Shown: positions 6,461-17,000 of the stretch, piece after piece
How positions within the stretch are numbered: the first letter of the stretch is position 1
Layout: every line of letters starts with the position of its first letter
Assembly: GCA_964601045.1 (NCBI GenBank)
Contig: CAZRLF010000001.1
Span: 134,402-198,401, forward strand
DNA from: an uncultured Bacteriovoracaceae bacterium
GTDB taxonomy: Bacteria > Bdellovibrionota > UBA2394
Direction of reading: 5' to 3'
Length of the DNA: 64,000 nt
Program-made: the position numbers and the translations under genes
The notes under the pieces: model-generated
The model's database searches: none
Told to the model about the DNA's origin: nothing
The model's input: the letters and a program-made list of their open reading frames with translations, nothing else

Positions 6461-9384
6461 TCGCTTCCGGGTGCTGCATTTTGTTTTTGCCGCTGAACTT
6501 GCTTGGGATAATTCGTATCCAAAAATGTCTGCACTTCACCTTTTACTTTTCCAGGGACAAAACCATCTTGTCTAAATGCGATCTCCCCTTTTTTGTGAAA
6601 GATCATAGTCGTTGGATACTGACTTACTCCATATTGTTTAAGTGTCTCAAGATTTTGACTTCCATCGAGAATAACGACTTTCATTCCGGGATTTTCATTG
6701 GCCAAAGCTTCGACTTCAACTCGCTGACTTTTACAGGGCCCACAGCTTGGATTCATAAACTGAATCAATACAGGTTTACTCGACTGCAAGACTTCTTTCT
6801 TAAAATCAGCCCCTTTAATTTCTCGCACTAGACTTTTGATTAATTGTTCAGGAGCTACATCTGAAGCTTGAGGAGCATCAACGGGCTTAGCCGTATCTGT
6901 ACTTGTACCCTGTGCTGGCTCGCCACCGTTTCCTCGTCGACGTCTGAAGCTTTCAACTCCCGACTTAACTTCATCAGAAGGTCTGCTGGGCAAATCTTTT
7001 CTCGAAACTATCGCGGCTTCAACATCAGCATGAGTAATCGGCTTAAGTTCTCCCTGAGGAACAGGGCCCTTATGATCCGGAAACTTGGTCATATAATCAT
7101 CGATCACTTGGTTTAGTTTATCATTTCCAAGTTGCTGAATGATACTTGCGATATCAGCACCGGTATATCCTTCGAGTTTTTTGGCTAAAGCAAAATAATC
7201 AATTGCTTCGTCTTTTTCGGGCTTAAAGGCATAAGCTTCAAACGCTTTTTGCATCTTCTTCATATTGATTTTAAGAATCGCCTCTCGAGCTTCGAGATCG
7301 GGGTTAGGAATAAAATACCACTGATCAATACGACCAGGACGAATAAGCGCATCGTCTAATAAGTCGGGCCTGTTCGAAGCTACGATAATCACGACATTAT
7401 CGACTCGACCTCCCACACCATCGAGCTCCTGCAAAAACTGGTTAACAATTTCGTCGTCAGATTTATTTCCGAAACCGCCGCGCTGACCACCAATTGAATC
7501 AAATTCGTCTAAGAACACAGTGACGATTCCTTCTTTTGAGGCCGCGACCAAATCCTTTTGAGACTGTTCTCGAATAGCCTTAAATAAACTTTTGACGTTC
7601 TTCGCACCCTGAGACACCCATGTGCTTTTAATATTGGCAGCATTGACATTCATAAACTTACCACCAAGCTCATGCGCAATGGCCTTCGCCATCAAGGTTT
7701 TACCATTACCAGGATAACTATACATACCGATCACTGCACGAGGTGGAACACGATAAGCTTTAGCTGCCTCAGGATTATTTACAGGATTAAAAATTCCTTT
7801 TTTGATAGCGGCTTTTACTTCGTGCATTCCCCCGATATCGTCAAAACCGGTATCAGGAATTCCTTCGACCTCAAACTCGGTCGACTTAGTTCCAAACTCA
7901 CTATCGCCTCGAACGGCTGTTCCACCACCAGTATTGGCGAAGGTCGAGACTTTCATTTGCCTTCCCACCATTTCGAGAAGAGTTTTATCAACTTTGGTAG
8001 GGTTTAAAGTTCGCTCTCTCTGAGAATCAGCAAGCAGAAGTTGTTTCTCGTTAATTTCTTTCTCTAGCATCCTCTTACGAATTGCGAGCTCAGCAACTTT
8101 AGCAAACTGACCTTCATCATAAGAATTTTTTAGTTTCGTAAGCTCTAGATCGATTTCAGAGAGCTTCATATTTAAACCAACAATATCTTGCATCATCCCT
8201 TTTTCTTTAGAAACTTGATTGCTGAGTTGATCCAACTTTCTTAAGACCTGCTCTCGCTCGACTTCCAATTTTTTAAGTTCTTCTTGAGCCTCGGATCGAC
8301 CGCGGATTTCATCTATTCGATCTTCGATTCTCTTAAGATCCCTATTGGTGCGACGAACATCCAGAGGCTTCGCATTTGGATCACTAGCACGTTTGATCTT
8401 AGCCACAGCCATTTGTAAAAGTTGCTCAGTAGCAGTGATGACATTTTGATCTTTAAAAGAAGCTTCAGCAATTCGATGTGCATCTCGAAGTGCTTGTTGA
8501 TCAATAATCAGGCCCGACGACTTTTCAATTGTACTTCTGACTTTGGCAAGAGCATCCAGAACATCGGCTTCGTCTAAAGGCTTAAGCTCTGTTCGATATT
8601 GAAAATGCTTATCGTCAAAAAAATCACTCGAACTAACAAGCTCTTTATTCTCAGCGGTAACCAAAAGTTTTAGATTGCTATTTTCAGTCTCAGCAATCTC
8701 TCTCAGTGCATTCATGACCGCCGTTTTTGCTTCTGTAATAGGAGGGCCTAAAAGCTCATCAATGTTTGGAATATATAAATAGTGAACATCTTTAGAACCT
8801 TTCGAGCGAGCATCTCGAGCATTTTGCATTATTTTAAGAAGCGGACCTTCAGGCTGAACGAGAGTTCCTTTTTCATCCTGCCTCCGAGAAGTCTGCGCCA
8901 TTGAACGCCAATCAATTCGATGAATCTTTACGTTCTTCATCTCTTTAGAGAGCTCCCCCTTCTCACTGAGATCTACAAAGCGATGAACTAGACTGTCTTT
9001 TCCGACATTCTTCTTTCCAACAACGGCGATATTGTGGCCGGCTAATATTCTAGACTCAAGATCTTCAACTTCTTGATCTCGTCCAACACGCTCTTTAACA
9101 GCAATATGGTTAATACCGTCGCTATTGCTTGAAGTTCGAGTAATGGTTCCAGCGAGATGGCGCCCAACGCTTTGAAGCAAATGCCCACAGGCTTCAGCTG
9201 AAGGAGTTTCGGGATTAGTAGGATTGGCCGGCTCAGTGGGCTTTTTACCCCCAAAGCCGAAAAGACCCCGCTTTTCAGTATCTTCGGCAAAAGCAGGCAG
9301 TGCGAGATAGGCTACCAACTGCAATGCTATTAGCCCTACAGCCAAACCACGACCTTCAAAATGTCTTATACGCCTTAAGTTCAT
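6457..9384 (-). CDS. Membrane-anchored double AAA+ protein: signal-anchor, degenerate ClpB-like D1, coiled coil, classic AAA (CDC48/FtsH-type) domain and C-terminal thioredoxin
   Basis: The N-terminus MNLRRIRHFEGRGLAVGLIALQLVAYLALPAFA is a signal or anchor sequence. VGRDQEVEDLESRILAGHNIAVVGKKNVGKDSLVHRFVDL plus ...VHYLYIPNIDELLG follow the Hsp100 D1 layout. A roughly 150-aa coiled coil follows (RIEDRIDEIRGRSEAQEELKKLEVEREQVLRKLDQL...). The classic AAA domain reads YSYPGNGKTLMAKAIAHELGGKFMNV...VTVFLDEFDSIGGQRG...VIIVASNRPDLLDDALIRPGRIDQWYF. The C-terminal thioredoxin LIQFMNPSCGPCKSQ has its CGPC at about 6733-6744. Confidence 0.75.
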   Translation of the reverse strand: MNLRRIRHFEGRGLAVGLIALQLVAYLALPAFAEDTEKRGLFGFGGKKPTEPANPTNPETPSAEACGHLLQSVGRHLAGTITRTSSNSDGINHIAVKERVGRDQEVEDLESRILAGHNIAVVGKKNVGKDSLVHRFVDLSEKGELSKEMKNVKIHRIDWRSMAQTSRRQDEKGTLVQPEGPLLKIMQNARDARSKGSKDVHYLYIPNIDELLGPPITEAKTAVMNALREIAETENSNLKLLVTAENKELVSSSDFFDDKHFQYRTELKPLDEADVLDALAKVRSTIEKSSGLIIDQQALRDAHRIAEASFKDQNVITATEQLLQMAVAKIKRASDPNAKPLDVRRTNRDLKRIEDRIDEIRGRSEAQEELKKLEVEREQVLRKLDQLSNQVSKEKGMMQDIVGLNMKLSEIDLELTKLKNSYDEGQFAKVAELAIRKRMLEKEINEKQLLLADSQRERTLNPTKVDKTLLEMVGRQMKVSTFANTGGGTAVRGDSEFGTKSTEFEVEGIPDTGFDDIGGMHEVKAAIKKGIFNPVNNPEAAKAYRVPPRAVIGMYSYPGNGKTLMAKAIAHELGGKFMNVNAANIKSTWVSQGAKNVKSLFKAIREQSQKDLVAASKEGIVTVFLDEFDSIGGQRGGFGNKSDDEIVNQFLQELDGVGGRVDNVVIIVASNRPDLLDDALIRPGRIDQWYFIPNPDLEAREAILKINMKKMQKAFEAYAFKPEKDEAIDYFALAKKLEGYTGADIASIIQQLGNDKLNQVIDDYMTKFPDHKGPVPQGELKPITHADVEAAIVSRKDLPSRPSDEVKSGVESFRRRRGNGGEPAQGTSTDTAKPVDAPQASDVAPEQLIKSLVREIKGADFKKEVLQSSKPVLIQFMNPSCGPCKSQRVEVEALANENPGMKVVILDGSQNLETLKQYGVSQYPTTMIFHKKGEIAFRQDGFVPGKVKGEVQTFLDTNYPKQVQRQKQNAAPGSD

Positions 9385-10007
9385 TTTTTGTCCTTAGTAC
9401 ACACGCACTTGGCTAATAAAAGAGCAAGTTCTATGCCAGAAAATACCTAAGTATTTGTGGGGGCTTTTGGGTCGATATGCAATTAGTTCATAGAAATTTA
9501 AGTTATTTACTACTGAGACCGCCTCCCTAACTAGGGGGGCCCTAAATCGAACTTTCAAAGAAAGATCTCGCCTCCCTTTTAAACCTTCTACCTGAGACTT
9601 AAGCTGTCCACCCAATTCCACAGAAACTGAGACATCGTTATCCCAAGTGCCTTAATTAAAACTAGACATTTTAGAGGTAAAGACCTCAAAATATTTGATT
9701 TTTAGGTATGGCACGGTCTTTGCACTAACCACAGAATGTGAGAGCCGAATTATTTTAGTTGAAGAAAGGCTCTCTCTTGACAGGATAAGGACGAGGATGC
9801 TTTATTCGGTGCGTCATGCCTTAGTTGGTAGAGGTTGAAAGGCTTGAAGCGGAGATAATCGAGAGAAAAACAGGGGTTGAGATACACGGTGAGAAGGCAC
9901 TTGAGTTTTATAAACTCTTGAGTTAAAGGCCTACCACCTGGTAACGGTTTTTTTTAAAGATTTTGGGTACATGGATCTAGAACACAAAAAGGACAGGAGA
10001 ACAAAAT

Positions 10008-10829
10008 ATGAAATCAACTTTAATTAAATCAGTTCTAGTTGCAGTTGCTGCAATTGGATTGAATTCTACAACTTTCGCCGCAGGCGCAAGTGCAACACGA
10101 ACCGGTAACGTATCACCTACTGATGCTGCTACCATCCTCGTATTGCAAAAAATGGCCCCCGAAATGGTTAACACCTTTCGAGCCGAAAAAATGAATGCTG
10201 GTTTAACATTTTCTAGTTCAGCTCAAGCCGCTGCTTGGTTGAATCAAAAAAGCGGTGGAAAAATCACCAATATTCAAGATGCAATTCAAGCTCAACAAGA
10301 TATGGGAACTGCCTCAGCTGATGTGATCGAAAGCAGCCTAAAGGGTGATACTATGGCACTTTTAACAAGCGTCACCTCAACCTCAAACTGCAGCCTTCGC
10401 TCTCTTAAAGATTCAGCCGCAAGCCCTTCACAAGCTCAACGTCAAAAAGATGCTAAGCTTGAAAAAGATCTTGGAGCTTTCAATAACGTAGTAGCTTTCT
10501 ATACCGGTCAAGTTGGCTCAACCAATTCCATTAAAGAAATGGTTCAAGGCCAAAGCGAAACAGCAAATTCAGTGAAAGATGGATTACAAGTAATTGTTTC
10601 TCCAGAAGGTGCTAGAGCAGTTGCTGAGTTCTATGCCGCCAATGGAAGCACTCCTGAGAATGCTCACTGTGCCGTACCTGTTGCTCTTGCTTCAGCTCTC
10701 AGAGCTAAAGGAACCGCAGAATCAGAAGTACAATCAACAGTTGTAAGTCTTGCTGGAGCTTGTGGTTCTGAGCTCAATATTTCTCGAACCGATGCTGAAT
10801 CAGTTAGCAGCTGTTTAGTAGGTCATTAA
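10008..10829 (+). CDS. Secreted Ala/Ser/Thr-rich protein of unknown function (4 Cys)
   Basis: A strong SD (aggaga, 8 nt upstream of the ATG) precedes the gene. The signal peptide is MKSTLIKSVLVAVAAIGLNSTTFAAGASA. A strong terminator follows the gene. Confidence 0.65.
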   Translation: MKSTLIKSVLVAVAAIGLNSTTFAAGASATRTGNVSPTDAATILVLQKMAPEMVNTFRAEKMNAGLTFSSSAQAAAWLNQKSGGKITNIQDAIQAQQDMGTASADVIESSLKGDTMALLTSVTSTSNCSLRSLKDSAASPSQAQRQKDAKLEKDLGAFNNVVAFYTGQVGSTNSIKEMVQGQSETANSVKDGLQVIVSPEGARAVAEFYAANGSTPENAHCAVPVALASALRAKGTAESEVQSTVVSLAGACGSELNISRTDAESVSSCLVGH

Positions 10830-10855
10830 TACCTGTCGTTTTAGGTCCGTTTTTT

Positions 10856-10899
10856 AAGAAGCCTCTTTCTTGTAAGAAAGAGGCTTCTTGCTTTTTGGG
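10856..10899 (+). terminator. Intrinsic terminator
   Basis: AAGAAGCCTCTTTCTT-gta-AAGAAAGAGGCTTCTT forms a perfect 16-bp stem, followed by GCTTTTTGGG. Confidence 0.8.
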
Positions 10900-10994
10900 C
10901 TGGGACTCCCCCTCGAAATCCTTTCAGCCCAATAGCTCCCAAACTATGACCTTTTTTCATAGCTTTACCCTCACCCCCAATAAAAGTTGTCCCT

Positions 10995-11010
10995 AAGGCT
11001 TATAAGCCTT
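10995..11010. promoter_or_regulatory. Perfect 16-bp palindrome AAGGCTTATAAGCCTT, a candidate operator about 85 bp upstream of the giant gene
   Basis: The palindrome is exact (the reverse complement of AAGGCTTA is TAAGCCTT). It lies in the promoter region between the terminator at 10899 and the giant ORF start at 11095. Confidence 0.25.
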
Positions 11011-11094
11011 GATTACGCGAACACCCGTGGCATATTGTTTGCACATTCAAAATGCAGTGGTACGTATTGAGGTCTCAAAGAATGGAGGAGGACC

Positions 11095-14000
11095 TTGGTT
11101 AACTGGAGATTTAAATTCTTTCAGTTTTCGATGATTTTTACCCTTTTGGTAAAGGGTGAGTCCTTACGTGCGTCTAACGATGCCTGCGAGCCTAAAAGTG
11201 CCATTCAAGAGCTTCTGCAGTCAGCTCAGAATCCAGTTAATTCCAATCAAGACATCCCAACTGACCCATCGCCTTCAATTCGTTCTAATGGAAATGCGCC
11301 TCAGAATCCTCCCCCGGCGGTTGAATTGCCAGTTCCTGCAACCACCGACGGAAAAGTTGCAGCGTTTTTTCAAGCTTGGCGAGAGAAAGTGCAAACCAAA
11401 GTTGAAACTCCTGAAAGCAAAAAGCTAAAAGATAAAATTCTTTCTGAGTACGGAGTAAAACCGATCTCCGAATATTTGGTATCAAAGTCGGTCAGCGCTG
11501 CGCTTAAATTTTATTTAAGATGGGAAAATCCTACTTACCGTGATGCAAAATCTACTCCTGCACATTTTGCCGATATTCGAGTGGGAGACGATCTTAAATT
11601 AGCCCAGATTTTTGGCGTTTCTTCGGCTGAAAATCGCGGCATTCAAGATATGATTTTTAATGATCTGCTTAAAACCCCAGAAGGCAAAAAAAAGATTATC
11701 GCCGTTGGAGATATTTTAACTCTTTTCTTTGATACCCATTTAACGGACAACTTACAACTTAACCCCGAGCAGAGAGAGATCCTCTTGAGCTCGATGACCG
11801 AAATCAAATTAAATTCTAACGGAAATCTTGAAACCACCGCTGATTTTCCTCGTCTTGATCAGATTGAAAAATTTAATCAAGCTTACGTAGAATCATTTAA
11901 TAATCTTTCTGCAAATCTCGTGGATGAAAATGGAGATCGTCCTGATAACACAGTCGTACGAAATCTTCTAAAAGAAGCATTCTCTAAGCGCCTTAAAAAA
12001 ATTCAAAAAGATGCTAAGGGAGCTCTGACCTTTGATTTAGTTTTAAATGCCATTCAAATTACTCCGGCAGATCTAGAAGAATCAAAATCAACAGCCACGC
12101 AATCAAGTGAATTTGACAAAATGCTTCTCATGCACGCTCACCTTTCTCAAACTGAAAATTATAATAAATCTAGCGCGTATCGACTATTCTCAAGCGCAGC
12201 AGACCACAGCGCCGGAAAAATCCAAGCTTATAAAGATCTCTATAATCCGCCCGCAAGTGAACTTGCAAAAAAAACTGAAGATTCAGAAATTAAAAATCAA
12301 GAAAGTAAAATTCTTTCTGCAACTGTCGGCAATACAACCATGTTTGAAGGCACGCCCCTTATTAATTTTGGCGCTCTTCCCATCTCACAACGAGATCGAG
12401 AAATTCTGCAAAAACAAATTAAAAACGATATAAAGGGCTCATTCTCTCTAAGCTCAAACCAATCAGATCCTGGAGCAGACGCATTTAAAGACGCTCGCTA
12501 TGCCGACCCAAGACAATTTTTGCCGAAAGGTAAAAACAAAAAAGGCGAACTTGAAGCGCCTTATTACGAAAATCCTTACCGCATTCAACTGCAAGCTCAC
12601 GCCTCACCTGCTCCTCCAGCCTCTTATATTGCCGGCGGCTGGAGGATTCCACTTGAGTCAGGCGGAGTTCGCATATTTACCGATCAAGAGTTTGAAACAT
12701 ATAAAACGGCCGCCATGAATGCTGAAGTTGAAAAACGTATTGAGGCCATGCTGAAAAACGGAGTCGAAATTGATTTGCGGACTCTTCTTTCAAATGCCGA
12801 TCGTTACGACACTCAAGGTTTTTTTACCGGCGGTAAAATTGAACCCAAAACTGGCAAATGGAGAGATCCTTTTTTAAGACGTCATCGAGATAAATCGGGA
12901 GGAGAAATTGATTTTAAAGGTGAAATCAAAAATAGATACGATCTATCTCTTCAAATTTTAAGGTTCGCGCTTAATAAACCAGATTTAAAATCTATTCCTA
13001 TTACGTATTCAGACCTTCTTTTTTGGCCTGAAGAAGAGCTTACTGCATTACTCACAATTAAATCTCTCACTCGTGATACTTCTCTTTTAGAAGTCGATGC
13101 CTCTGGGCGGCTTAAAAGATTTGACAGCAAACAACTTGCCACTAAAGCATCTGATCTTTTGGGATGGAAACTAGATGTTGAGAAGAAACTAGGATTTTTT
13201 CCTGATATTCATTTTTCAAATGAAAAAGAGCTGCTCTCGGCCGTTGAGAAAATCAATGCCGCACTTAAAGATAAAGAATCATTAGCTCCCGGAATTCCTC
13301 TTGTTCATCTTGGATGCCTAGAAAAAGATGGCAAACTCGTTGGAGGTTTTCTCCCCGAAGGAGAAGTGAAACCCTTAAGCCTTACTGATTTCAGAAAGGC
13401 TTATAGAGAAAAAAAAGAAGAGGTTAAAGCTCCTTTATTTAAATCAGCCAATGAGTTGGTCGAAAAAATAGACTCTTGCATGGCTGAAGTTAAAAAAGAG
13501 AGGAATGACTTAATTAAGTCAACGACCTTAAGCCTTCAGACATTCGGTAAGAAGCTCTTTTCAAATCGGCTTAAAGCCTATATTCGATATCGATTTCAAA
13601 TTGAAGATTATCTCGATCAAAAAGCAGGCAAAGCAGTTAAAACGGGAGATAGACTTAAGGCATTTGAAGCAAAATTAAAAGCCAACGAGGCTCAAAATCT
13701 TTCTCAAGAACAAAACGAAACATTTCTTTTGAATGAATGGAACTCAATTACTGCAGAGAGGTTTAAAGAAATAGCTCTATTTAATCGCCAACTGATCGAT
13801 AGTCCCGATGCTGACCTTAAAGAGTCCGAACTTAAAGAACTCGCAAAAAGCGCTCAAAAAACTTTTGACTCGTCAGATATTCAATTTTTGCGACAAAATC
13901 GCCTAAGCATATTAGCCAATTACATTATTGAATCGCCCCAGCTCCCTACAGCTCAAAAAATTGAAAAACTCGAGGCCTATCTTAGATTAAGATACGCTGC

Positions 14001-17000
14001 TGAAGATTATCTCGACCAAAAAGAAGGTAAAAAAATATCTTTAGGAGCACGTGCTCGTGCTTTGGATGCTGCCCTTGCTCGAGATGATTTTAAATCAAAA
14101 TCCACATCTGAAACTATTTTGAAAGCATTGGAGTTTGAATGGAAGTCTTTCCAAGTAGAGCGAATGGCTGAAGTTTCAGATCTCATATCGCAAGTGGCGG
14201 TTAAGCCTCAAAACACAATCACAGACTCGGCAGAGCAAACTGTGGCTGTGACTCTATCAAAAGCCATGAATCAAGATGAACTGCTTGATTTAAATTCAGA
14301 TCATTTAAATCTTCTTCTCAATGATCAGTATAATTCTGCTGAAAAAATCAAACTCATTAATCTCTCTCATTTCTCTTTGAGTGAGCTAGATGCTCTTCAC
14401 TTTTTATCAACTCGATATGGTTGGAATGAGGTCATATTTGCCGCAGAATCAACAGATGGCATGGGACTTCGCCTGTTTGATTGGCTTAATAAAGCGGCAT
14501 CAAATAAAATTGATTCGGGAAAAGTTCAAACACTTTCTATTTTAGATTCTTATGTCCTTTTGAACGCTTCTCATGAACTTGCTGTTGCAAGTGGAATTAT
14601 TCCTACTCTTTGGGGAGATAACTGGAAAGCCACACTAGAAAATATAAACAAAGCTCCACTAACAGGTGTCAATTTAAGGCAGATTGGTAATTACAATTCA
14701 ATTCCGATCATTGAAACACTTAGACTTCATCAAGATGAAGCTTCTCGCTACTTTACATATGATAATATCATTAAATCATTTCGCCCTACTCGGGAGGTTA
14801 AGCCCGTATTTGATCTTGAGAAAGACTCTCTTGAGTCATTAGCGCGTTGGAACATTCCTACTGATCCCAAACATTTACAAAAATTAACTGAAATGGCTGC
14901 AGTTTTTAAATGGGACATGATCAAAGAAGCCTATCTTAAAAACATGAAGGACGAGAAGAAGTCTCAAAAGGAACAGGATGATAAGAGAAAAGAAATCGAA
15001 GAATATAAAAATGGAGTTCATCCAGACCTCGTTAAGTTCTATCGACAAAATCAAAATTTAAAAAATTATCATACTTTAGCGGAGAGAATGAAAATTACTC
15101 CTGAAAAGGATAACACCTTAGCTCGAAAATCATTTTCGGGTCGCTCTGTTTTTGAAACTAATTCTCAAGTAAGTCAGTCACTACAGGCCGGACTTGTTTC
15201 TTTAGACGTCTTTTTAGATGACTTTTTTGCTGACTCAAAAAATATTTTGACTAAAGAAATCAAAGAACGACTCGAGTCGAGCACTCCTGGATCAGCCGAT
15301 ATCACTGCCCTCAATATGATTGGGTTTGATACCAATACAAAAAGCTTTCAAAGTGCTATTGCTCAAATCAAAGCAGAGAACAAACCTCTCGCCGAAGAAC
15401 TTCTTCAACAAAGTCAGCTTTTCTTAAAAGCAGGTCGAGAGCTTCAAAGCAGTTTTGAACAAGGTGGCCTTTCTCGAGACGACTTTAAAAAGATTCTTTA
15501 TGCTGCCAATCAAAGAGAAGAAATCATGCTCGAAATTATCGGCAAAGAGAAAAATAATATTAAAGAAGGCAGCAGCGTGAGTAGCACAGCTTCAGAAAAG
15601 ATTCTCTCAGCGGCCAAAGTTCAACTCCCCTCATCAAAAGCGGGCCGTGCCAGAGCTGCTAAGCAGCTAGATAGTTTAAGAGCCTTGATGAGTTCATCTC
15701 AGGTTTTATTCGCTAACTTTCATGAGTCACTGAGTACAATGGTGGCCCGTTATTCGATTCCACTTCTTTTTGAAGAAATTAGATTAAACGCTGAAAAGAG
15801 CCCCCTCGGCGAAGAGATTCTCTCTCAACCTCAATTTCAGCAGAACTTAATCAGCTCAGGGCTGGAGAGGGCAAGCGAACTTTCTAATTTGGGTAGCCTT
15901 ATAGATTTAAATTCTGTCTCCGCTGCATTGGCAGATGCCACTCTCAATGAAGGCTTTAAGGTCGGTGAATTTGAATCTGAAGTTCGCAAGATGTTTTCTT
16001 ATCACTACGATCTGAACCGCCTCCTCTACGGAAAATCCTTTGATCCTGTGGGCTTTAATTTTTATAAGGGACTCGAAGGCAACGCACGAACTTCTGGCAG
16101 TGATACAGATCATATCGATAAAATTTTGATCGCAAAAATTAATGAGATTCGAAAGCGCCAGCACGACTCAGTTGATCGAATTTCTAACCTTTTGACGGCT
16201 AAACTTAAAACTCTTCCTGAAACTCATGCCTTAGGTAAGTTTTTGCAAGTTCTTGCCGAAGGAGTTGCAGTTAAAAAAGCAAAAAATGCTAAAGGTGAAC
16301 CCACATTCGAAATTTCATCGGCTCTTAAACTAAATACGGAGCGCAATGAAAAGGATCAAATAATCTATAAAGGAACACTCTCTGATCTCGTTTCTTTCGC
16401 AAAATTCACTGAAAGACCATTGAGCGCTGACCCAGATTTTTTACCGATTGGAGAACGAGATCAATCTTATGCTGTGAGATACGATAAATTCGAAGAACAA
16501 TATAAAAATATATTTAAGAACAATCCTAAATTTGCTGATTCTTACGAAACGCGTCGTAATCAAGGTAAGCTTCAAACCAGTCTTGATCGCCTTGGTCAGA
16601 AACGAAGCATTTCGATTCCACTTAAGAATAGACTTGAAGGGCTAAAAGACTTTCTCAGTGCCGCAAGAGCTCAACCCCAGTTTAATACCCAAGAAGTTCA
16701 AATGCTTTTTGAGAAAATGGAGTCTGAAAATAAAGTCAACCTCAACAATTTCTTTCTATCGATTTACTTTGCTCTTCAAACTCAATTGGGCAAGCAAATG
16801 CCTGATAGCATATGGGCTGATAAAGAAGCCGCTGCTCAAGAGGCCATTAATAAATTACTTCAAAAAAGTATTGAAACATTTCCAGCTGATATTCAGTCGA
16901 ATGCTCAGATTCAGGAAATCCTTAAGGCGATAAAAGAAGCCAAAGTTTCGTCATTTGTAAAATTAGATTCTAAAGCCACAGCGGAGCAGAAAGCCGCCGC

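Noticed and set aside
9394-9621. A 75-aa ORF on the minus strand in the long intergenic region
   Set aside because: It has no RBS and its composition is atypical; it is best treated as non-coding.
9805-9880. tRNA-like string GCCTTAGTTGGTAGAGGT (a D-arm look-alike)
   Set aside because: No T-arm (GGTTCGAATCC-like) and no 7-bp acceptor stem or anticodon arm could be built around it. It is likely a chance match or at most a decayed fragment. No tRNA was called.
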